This document shows, piece after piece, positions 20,477-27,351 of a stretch of 64,000 bases of DNA. A model generated the notes under the pieces. The model was not told where the DNA came from and did not search any database. It saw only the letters and a program-made list of their open reading frames with translations. The translations under genes were made by a program, and so were the position numbers. Source of the stretch: Bacteroidales bacterium (GTDB lineage: Bacteria; Bacteroidota; Bacteroidia; Bacteroidales; GCA-2748055); the NCBI GenBank assembly GCA_040880545.1, contig JBBDIE010000175.1, forward strand, positions 6,569-70,568. The letters run 5' to 3'. Each line of letters begins with the position of its first letter. The first letter of the stretch is position 1.

Positions 20477-21613
20477 TTAATACCTGACTTTCACTTTAAT
20501 GGTACCTTCAATTTTGTCTGATGAAGGAAATACTATATAACCCCCACCACTACCAGAGGTAATCGCACCAGAATATTTTGTAAAATAATTTGTTTTCACT
20601 TCTTCCATTACCCAGTCAGGAACTGTATATGGCAACATTTCACTCCATGCCAGGAATGACTCTTTCATTGATTCACCTAGTTTTTGAACATCTTTTTTTA
20701 ATATGGCTTCGTAACATTTTTTCCCAGATTCCCCCAATTTTTTGATCAATGCCGGTTCCAGGTTTTTTTTCAGTAAAGGATTATATCCTTTGGGACGTGG
20801 TTGCAACGGAACAAAATTCAAAACTTCAGAAAGCCACTCACACGTATCCGGGTCGGCAGTGTTTTCAATATTTCCGGGCCAGAAATCACCAACATAATCC
20901 AGTCTTGAAATTCCCGGCACCATGAGTCCTATATGATCCTGTGAACCTGAGATATATTCAGATCCCGGAGGATTTTCAGCGCCAAAAAGCAATTGGGCAT
21001 TTCGTATCGGATCTCCTTCCGGAACATCCCCTCCCCACAATTCATAGGCAACTTTTCGGGAACTGGACGCCATGCCAGATCGGCCGTTAAAGTCAATGTT
21101 TGGCCATATCTGAGCTACAACGACAGATCCAGGATGTATTTGAGAAATCCAGGGTTGATCCAGCCAGCCACCTGCCAGACATACCCGATAGGGGAATTGA
21201 AGTTCTTGCTTGGATGCAGAACTGGAACGTGGAGGTAAACCTTCTTCAGGCATTCGTTCTAAAACAACCAGTTCCACACCGTTTTCTTTGCAGACCCTCT
21301 TTTTATCCGGCGTATATCCATCGGTATTTACTACGAAGATATCAGGTTTCAGCGATTTCATATCGGGTTCAAAATCCATTACCCCTTTTCCTGATGCAAG
21401 ATGGGCTTCCTCCACGAATTTGATGGAATCGATCATATACTTGCGCTCTACCTGTGAAAAATAGGGAGATTTGCCCTTCAGCATTTTCACATTTTCGTCC
21501 TGTCCAAGAAAAACATGGAGTTTACCATAGCTCGCCGCTGTCTTTAGAAAGGCTATGTGTCCTGCATGTATTAAGTCGAAACAGCCGCTAACCATTACAG
21601 TTTTGTTTCTCAT
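20477..21613 (-). CDS. Fusion protein: HxGH cytidylyl/adenylyl-type nucleotidyltransferase (N-terminal) plus GHMP-family sugar kinase-like domain (C-terminal)
   Basis: N-terminal VSGCFDLIHAGHIAFL (HxGH, as in TagD/RfaE domain II) and PPRSSSASK (RTxGISTT-like). C-terminal LAGGWLDQPW, GRSGMASSS (GHMP motif II-like), GSQDHIG (GxQDQ-like in fucokinase/HddA kinases) and SGSGGGYIVF (motif III-like). Confidence 0.65.
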   Translation of the reverse strand: MRNKTVMVSGCFDLIHAGHIAFLKTAASYGKLHVFLGQDENVKMLKGKSPYFSQVERKYMIDSIKFVEEAHLASGKGVMDFEPDMKSLKPDIFVVNTDGYTPDKKRVCKENGVELVVLERMPEEGLPPRSSSASKQELQFPYRVCLAGGWLDQPWISQIHPGSVVVAQIWPNIDFNGRSGMASSSRKVAYELWGGDVPEGDPIRNAQLLFGAENPPGSEYISGSQDHIGLMVPGISRLDYVGDFWPGNIENTADPDTCEWLSEVLNFVPLQPRPKGYNPLLKKNLEPALIKKLGESGKKCYEAILKKDVQKLGESMKESFLAWSEMLPYTVPDWVMEEVKTNYFTKYSGAITSGSGGGYIVFPSSDKIEGTIKVKVRY

Positions 21614-21705
21614 GTACTACTCATTTTTGGTCAATGATTTTTAACATACAATTTGATTAAAAACCTGGCCTTGAAACCTTGGGTCAATTTGATGAATCAA
21701 GTGGG

Positions 21706-22695
21706 TCAACTAACTAAGCTTTTTTCTTCTTTTGATATCATTTGTTCCTTGATCCAATCGTATGTTTTTTTCATCCCGTCTTTTAAAGGATATATTGGCG
21801 CCCAATTTAAATATTTCTTAATCAGGGTATTTTCGCTGTTTCTGCCACGTACACCTTTCGGCGCATCCAAATCATAAGTTCGCTTAAGTTTGAATCCTGC
21901 GATATCTTCAACGATATCCACCAGTTCATTAATGGAAACCATTTCATCACTTCCCAGGTTGATTGGTTCTTCGATGTCGCTTTCCATTATTTTCAAGATA
22001 CCTTCAACACATTCATCGATATACATGAACGAACGGGTCTGTTCCCCGTCTCCCCATATTATGATTTCATCTTTTCCATACAATTCCCCTTCAATAATTT
22101 TACGGCACATTGCTGCAGGAGCCTTTTCACGACCGCCATCGTACGTTCCATGAGGACCGTAAACATTATGGAAACGGGCAACCCTGGTTGCTAATCCATA
22201 ATCTTCCATATAGTGACGGCACATTCGTTCGGAAAATAATTTTTCCCAACCATATCCGTCCTCTGCCATAGCAGGATATGCATCTGGTTCTTTTAATCCC
22301 GGATTGTTGGGGTCGGTTTGTTTCTCTGCGTTGTATACACAGGCTGATGAAGCATAAAAAAATCGCGTCACCCCCAGATCTTTAGCAGCCATTAACATGT
22401 GTGTATTTATAAGTACACTCAACATACACTCCGCTTTATGCGTTTCAATAAAGCCCATACCACCCATATCAGCCGCCAGATTATAAACTTCATTGTAACC
22501 ATTTACGGCTGTATAACAATTTTCTTTGACATTCAGGTCAAGCACAAGATTATCACAGCCGGAGTGAACCTGGTACCATTCAGTAAGCGGTTTTTTGTCC
22601 ACAGCACGAACGTGATGCCCCATATCGCTTAGTTTTCGAGCCAGATGCCCGGCTATAAAGCCACCCGCACCTGTTACAACAATTCTTTTTTGCAT
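21706..22695 (-). CDS. gme: GDP-mannose 3,5-epimerase homologue (extended SDR)
   Basis: Collinear similarity to plant GME as I recall it: VTGAGGFIAGH, NLAADMGGMGFI, RFFYASSACVY, YGWEKL, RFHNVYGP.GT..GGREKAPAA.CRK, WGDG.QTRSF.YIDECVEG, GSDEMVSINE, GVRGRNS.N.LIK..L.WAP. Confidence 0.85.
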   Translation of the reverse strand: MQKRIVVTGAGGFIAGHLARKLSDMGHHVRAVDKKPLTEWYQVHSGCDNLVLDLNVKENCYTAVNGYNEVYNLAADMGGMGFIETHKAECMLSVLINTHMLMAAKDLGVTRFFYASSACVYNAEKQTDPNNPGLKEPDAYPAMAEDGYGWEKLFSERMCRHYMEDYGLATRVARFHNVYGPHGTYDGGREKAPAAMCRKIIEGELYGKDEIIIWGDGEQTRSFMYIDECVEGILKIMESDIEEPINLGSDEMVSINELVDIVEDIAGFKLKRTYDLDAPKGVRGRNSENTLIKKYLNWAPIYPLKDGMKKTYDWIKEQMISKEEKSLVS

Positions 22696-22780
22696 GTTTT
22701 TTTCTTTATGTTTTTGACTTCCAGCACAAAGATGATTATTCTTAATGATTCATGCAACCATCTGAAATTATGAACTTTAT

Positions 22781-22835
22781 CGCAAAGGTTACCGCAAAGC
22801 TTTGCGGTAAATTAAAGATGTTACATAACATAAAA
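22781..22835. promoter_or_regulatory. Conserved bipartite palindromic element, copy 1 (candidate LacI-family operator plus second inverted repeat)
   Basis: Perfect 22-bp palindrome ttaccgcaaagctttgcggtaa (22789-22810), preceded by half-site cgcaaagg. 10 nt after GCGG comes atgtta-ca-taacat (22818-22831). About 95 bp upstream of the gme start. Confidence 0.5.
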
Positions 22836-22871
22836 GTCAATATTTATCGCATTATTCATAACCTACGTAAA

Positions 22872-25124
22872 CTACTCTTCAACGGTAAATCGCCAGATTT
22901 TTCCTTTGATTTTTTTTGTTCCCTGGATTACGTCCACCCGCCAAAAGTACGTTTCACAAAAATTCAGTTGATCCATTTCCAGAATATTGGAATCAAGGAC
23001 TCCCTGGTATTCATTACTTACGGGACTCGCTTCATTAACCGCTTTGTAACTATTTCCAAAGTACACTTCATGGCTGTCAGCTTTATATCCTTCTAACCAC
23101 ATTAAATCAGCATCTATATCAATTGAAATGGCTACGTTTGGTGGTATCGGATTAGAAGCTTGTTGTGATTGTCGTCCAGGAATCCAGTAATGTCCATTAT
23201 TAGTTTCGTATGGACCGATATCTGGTAAAACATTCCCTGTTTTTCCTGTAATTCCATCTATATAATAGCCTGCATCGTTTAATCTACTCTCTGTGGATAA
23301 TCGGAAATCCAGATTATCAGGATCACGGAGCTGCGACCTTACGTCACCGGTCCAGTTATTGGAATGTTTGCCGGGTAATCCATTTGAAGGGGATCTCAAA
23401 TTACTGGATATTTGGCCTGCCAGGTTATTCCTGGTAATACTGTTATCATTTTCTCCCGGATGATCAATTCCCGGCCCCCATCCCTGGTAATTAAAACCTT
23501 TCAGTGGATCTTTCGGGACCGGGTTTCCAACTGCAGAACGTATGGCTATATCATTCCTTAAATTGTCAAAGGAAAGATTGTGATACACTAACTGAGAATC
23601 TCCCTTTACATACATGGACCTGGTATCCCATACTACATTGTGGTGAATTGTACCTCCATGGGGAAAATCCCTGGCGCCTGCCAGGTATCCGATAAAAGAT
23701 CCGTCGAAACGTACCCCGTATTTCGGATCATCATCAAAACGACTAGCCTGGGCTGATTCATGTAACCAATTATATCTGATTACGGTTCCCGGTTGCGCCG
23801 ATCCACTGACCTGAATAAGCGCTCCATCTGATTGCAGGTACCCAATATCGAAAATATTATTATATTCTATCAGGTTTGCGGGACCGGATCTGTATCCAAC
23901 AGAGGCCCCTCCGGTATGGATCGTATTCCTACGAAATATAGTTTCGACCCCTTCTCCTCCATCTACAGTTACAGCATCTCCAACACAGCTGTAATTGATC
24001 TCATGGAAATAGCAATTTTCTATCAGGTTTCTTTCCCCCCTGATTTTCAGTCCTGTTCCATCGGTGTATGCAAACGTACAGTTCCGGAGTGTATTCTCTA
24101 TACCATCAATGGTTGTAACTTCTGGTTCCTCAGTAACCCCAAGCATTCTTTTGGAATAGCTCGGGTATTTAAAATCACAATCCTCTATGGAAACATGATT
24201 TGCGCTTTCGATATGAAATGTTGACCCAAAAAAGTGTAATCCTGATATTTTGAGATATTCGCTGTTTTCAAAATGCAGAGCATAAGTCAGTGTTTTGCCT
24301 CTGATATCCAGGTTTTCCGGCGATTCGTTATCAGATGGCCATATGTATAACTCCTTTGAGTCAGCCTGATACACCCATTCTGTGGCAGTATCCAACATGT
24401 TAAGGGAACCCTCAAAAAAGTACCATCCTGTCTCTTTTCTCATTTCCCAATAGACATCCTGTGCCAATCGATCCCAAAGATTTTTCTCATATGTAAATGT
24501 ATTGGATCCTTTCTTGTGACTGGTTACTCTTGTCGCAAAGGTATTCCATGCACCAATATTTAACATAACCAAAGCGTTGGTGAAGTCAACATCCGCTTGA
24601 GCCAGATCTCTGAAATCATGGTCATTGACCATTTTCCCATATTGCGATTGATCAGATTGATGGGCCCATGTTTTTTCCTGATCAAACATTGCCCCGTCCT
24701 TCCACTGTGCATTTGGCCAGCGGGCCGATATCATTGATTCGTTACCAACAAACAACTGCCAGATTTCATCGTTAAGACGAGTCTTAACGATATGTCCCTT
24801 ATGGGAATTCCAAACGCTTTTAATTTCCTTAGTACCATCAAGAATGACATGCTCATTATTAAAAGGGAGTATCGTAATTTGTTTATTTTCCAGACCTTTA
24901 AGATTCGAAATATGTACAGCTTCATGATATCTTCCTCCTCGCAGGTAACAAGTATCTCCTGCTTTTAATTGCTTCACAGCATGTTGGATCGTTTTAAATG
25001 GTTGCTCCAAACTTCCGGAGCCAGAATCGTCACCATTGGGGGCTACGTAATATTCCTTGCTATACAAATCGCTGGTGCCAACCAATATGATGCAGAGTAA
25101 AATAATTGAATACGACCTGGTCAT
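22872..25124 (-). CDS. Secreted right-handed parallel beta-helix protein (pectate-lyase-fold glycan-degrading enzyme candidate) with a C-terminal ~90-aa beta-sandwich-like domain
   Basis: Signal peptide. DUF1565-like start YYVAPNGDDSGSGSLEQPFKTIQHAVKQLKAGDTCYLRGGRY. Repeated beta-helix coils (NCTF..., NCYFH..., RNTIH...). C-terminal ...SHEVYFGNSYKAVNEA...TYFWRVDV...WRFTV. ATG at 25124 chosen. Confidence 0.7.
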   Translation of the reverse strand: MTRSYSIILLCIILVGTSDLYSKEYYVAPNGDDSGSGSLEQPFKTIQHAVKQLKAGDTCYLRGGRYHEAVHISNLKGLENKQITILPFNNEHVILDGTKEIKSVWNSHKGHIVKTRLNDEIWQLFVGNESMISARWPNAQWKDGAMFDQEKTWAHQSDQSQYGKMVNDHDFRDLAQADVDFTNALVMLNIGAWNTFATRVTSHKKGSNTFTYEKNLWDRLAQDVYWEMRKETGWYFFEGSLNMLDTATEWVYQADSKELYIWPSDNESPENLDIRGKTLTYALHFENSEYLKISGLHFFGSTFHIESANHVSIEDCDFKYPSYSKRMLGVTEEPEVTTIDGIENTLRNCTFAYTDGTGLKIRGERNLIENCYFHEINYSCVGDAVTVDGGEGVETIFRRNTIHTGGASVGYRSGPANLIEYNNIFDIGYLQSDGALIQVSGSAQPGTVIRYNWLHESAQASRFDDDPKYGVRFDGSFIGYLAGARDFPHGGTIHHNVVWDTRSMYVKGDSQLVYHNLSFDNLRNDIAIRSAVGNPVPKDPLKGFNYQGWGPGIDHPGENDNSITRNNLAGQISSNLRSPSNGLPGKHSNNWTGDVRSQLRDPDNLDFRLSTESRLNDAGYYIDGITGKTGNVLPDIGPYETNNGHYWIPGRQSQQASNPIPPNVAISIDIDADLMWLEGYKADSHEVYFGNSYKAVNEASPVSNEYQGVLDSNILEMDQLNFCETYFWRVDVIQGTKKIKGKIWRFTVEE

Positions 25125-25382
25125 AATTATATTTTTATTTGGTTTTATGCTAAAATTCAGACAACAGAACTCTAATTGAACTTTTTGGTTCATTTGCATT
25201 CCAAGGCTTTCCTGAATATTACATTGCGATAATTTAATCGCTGTGTAACTTAGAATTTTACTATTTTAAAATAAGAACTACCAAACACATTGATTGGAAT
25301 TTTCCGAGGGCTCAGCAGTTCTGATGTTAACTTGATTCGTTATATATTAATTGTCAATTTTTCTGAGAATAGATGGATATTG

Positions 25383-26909
25383 TTATTTCAGAATTAACTT
25401 TTGCGTTTCAGAATAACCTTCCCCCTTCATTCTCATGAGGTACATTCCATTTTCTAGATGTGTCAAATCTATTGTCTCTTTAAAGTAGTCGTTTGCCTGA
25501 AATTCTCTTGAGAGTATCTGGGCACCGGTGATACTAAATACTTCTAATCGTAATGTACCGATTTCATTTCCTGCGTATTCAATTGTTAAAATGCCCTGAC
25601 TGGGATTTGGATAAACTTGGGGTATAATTGAATGTGACAGCGGTATACTTGAAGTTCCTGTAAGTTGCCAACGTTGATCACCTAATTGAAGACCATCAGT
25701 GGCTGCTGTGGCAGATCTTAAATTCCTATCATATCCAAAATCAATATCGTTCAGGTCTTCCAATGCGTATTGATTTGGCGGAGACAGGGCTGCAATATCA
25801 AAATTGTTCTCAACCAGATACTGCCAGTATTCAAGATTAAGTGCCGGCGGACTGGTAAAATTAATTGCTTCACTAAAAAAATTAGTAGTATCAACCTGGG
25901 AATTTTCAATAAAAGCAAGGAAATTGGGAGGGGTCTCAGGATTGGCAGCAAGTACATCAGGGTCGGCGAAAATATTGGTACGTATATTGTACATTTCGTC
26001 AGATCTGAATTCTAACAATACATCTGAAATATCAGATTGTGTATGCCAATTATTGTTACTCAGATCGAAAGACCTCAGATTGTCATCCACCCCAATTGAA
26101 TCAACTGTAAAGAGCACATCGTGACTACCCGCCACTGCCAGGTATGCAAAATTATAGAATATATTATTTGTTACAATAGCCTTAACAGTCATTCCCAAAT
26201 CAAAATAGACATCATTTAAATAATTGGATTGATAATATGTATTGTGACTGAAGTTAAGCACATTTGTAACACTTGCCATTCTTAGGAAAAGCGGTCCGTC
26301 ACAATTATAAAAAGTAGTATTTTCAATGGATAAAGTATCCTGCGGCCTGGCAAGTGTATTGATGATGGAAGGAAAGCCCGGGTCCTCAAATACCAGACCA
26401 TTAATAAAAACTGAATTTGTCACATAAACTTTACTGCCATTACTTGTACGAATAAAGTCCTTTCCAACAAATTCGAAAACACAATCATCGACATTTAATC
26501 TCAGATCATTGTCTGCGAGCCGGATAGCTTGTACCAAAACGGTTGAATCCAGCGCTTTTTGATTAAACTTCAGTCCTTCCACTACTAGGTGTCCCGTTAC
26601 TTCGAAGTGTCTTTTGTAACTGTCATCTATGCCTACAATTACAGGCCGTGCACCATCTCCTTGCTCTGCCCTGATATGGAGCGTATTATCCAGGGAAGAA
26701 ATCTTATTGTTCAATACATAAGTACCTCCTCTTCGTAACTCAAAGATGGTGTTACCAGGATTATCTTCACTGTCAATAGCTATGTTAAGCGCACCTGCCT
26801 CACCTTCCAGATCCGGTTCTACAACTATTACCGTTTTTTGCCCAAAGGCTGGCAGGCACATTAAAAACAGTCCCATTGTTAAAAGCATGTAAATTTTTTT
26901 CATAATCAT
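25383..26909 (-). CDS. T9SS-sorted secreted protein with a beta-helix-like body
   Basis: Signal peptide MKKIYMLLTMGLFLMCLPAFGQ. C-terminal VYPNPSQGILTIEY...LEVFSITGAQIL...IDLTHLENGMYLMRMKGEGYSETQKLILK matches the type A Por/T9SS sorting domain pattern. Confidence 0.75.
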   Translation of the reverse strand: MIMKKIYMLLTMGLFLMCLPAFGQKTVIVVEPDLEGEAGALNIAIDSEDNPGNTIFELRRGGTYVLNNKISSLDNTLHIRAEQGDGARPVIVGIDDSYKRHFEVTGHLVVEGLKFNQKALDSTVLVQAIRLADNDLRLNVDDCVFEFVGKDFIRTSNGSKVYVTNSVFINGLVFEDPGFPSIINTLARPQDTLSIENTTFYNCDGPLFLRMASVTNVLNFSHNTYYQSNYLNDVYFDLGMTVKAIVTNNIFYNFAYLAVAGSHDVLFTVDSIGVDDNLRSFDLSNNNWHTQSDISDVLLEFRSDEMYNIRTNIFADPDVLAANPETPPNFLAFIENSQVDTTNFFSEAINFTSPPALNLEYWQYLVENNFDIAALSPPNQYALEDLNDIDFGYDRNLRSATAATDGLQLGDQRWQLTGTSSIPLSHSIIPQVYPNPSQGILTIEYAGNEIGTLRLEVFSITGAQILSREFQANDYFKETIDLTHLENGMYLMRMKGEGYSETQKLILK

Positions 26910-27115
26910 TTAGTTAAGTTTATAATCAAAGTCAAAAATGTCTGCATTGAATTTTTTACTTTTTAGTGGTTCAGTGTATATGTAGAATTCGCCTCCAATT
27001 TTTGAATAAATCCAGACTTAATATATTCGCGTGGATATATAGTTTTTGGAGCTGATTCATTATCAAATTTCGTTTATCTTTTCATTACTTACAACCTCAT
27101 TTTCAGTACTTTTCT

Positions 27116-27171
27116 CCGCAAAGCTTTGTGCAAAGCTTTGCGGAATTGAAAAGATGTTGAATAACATAAAA
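27116..27171. promoter_or_regulatory. Conserved bipartite palindromic element, copy 2
   Basis: ccgCAAAGCTTTGtgCAAAGCTTTGcgg (27116-27143). 10 nt later comes atgtt-gaat-aacat (27154-27167). About 205 bp upstream of the T9SS protein start. Confidence 0.5.
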
Positions 27172-27351
27172 ATGTAAAATGATTGATTTGATTTTTTATT
27201 GAATATTTTTATAGCATGACTGTATTCTGAGGGTAATGAAACAGGATTTATTTTAATAGAAGTAATGTAAAAAACCACCTGTTCCATAAAGTATTACAAA
27301 TACACTACCTTAACTACTTACCATAAAACAGGTCAGGGACCATCGACTACA

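Noticed and set aside
22789-22810. The palindromes as intrinsic terminators of the upstream genes
   Set aside because: The stems would have almost no loop, and no U-tract follows on the minus strand. The fixed 10-nt spacing to a second inverted repeat argues for protein-binding sites.
22752-23096. 114-aa plus-strand ORF (and the 74-aa minus-strand ORF at 27063-27287) covering the conserved palindromic element
   Set aside because: The two ORFs cover the element on opposite strands, and the third copy is in no ORF. The conservation is therefore at nucleotide level, not protein level.
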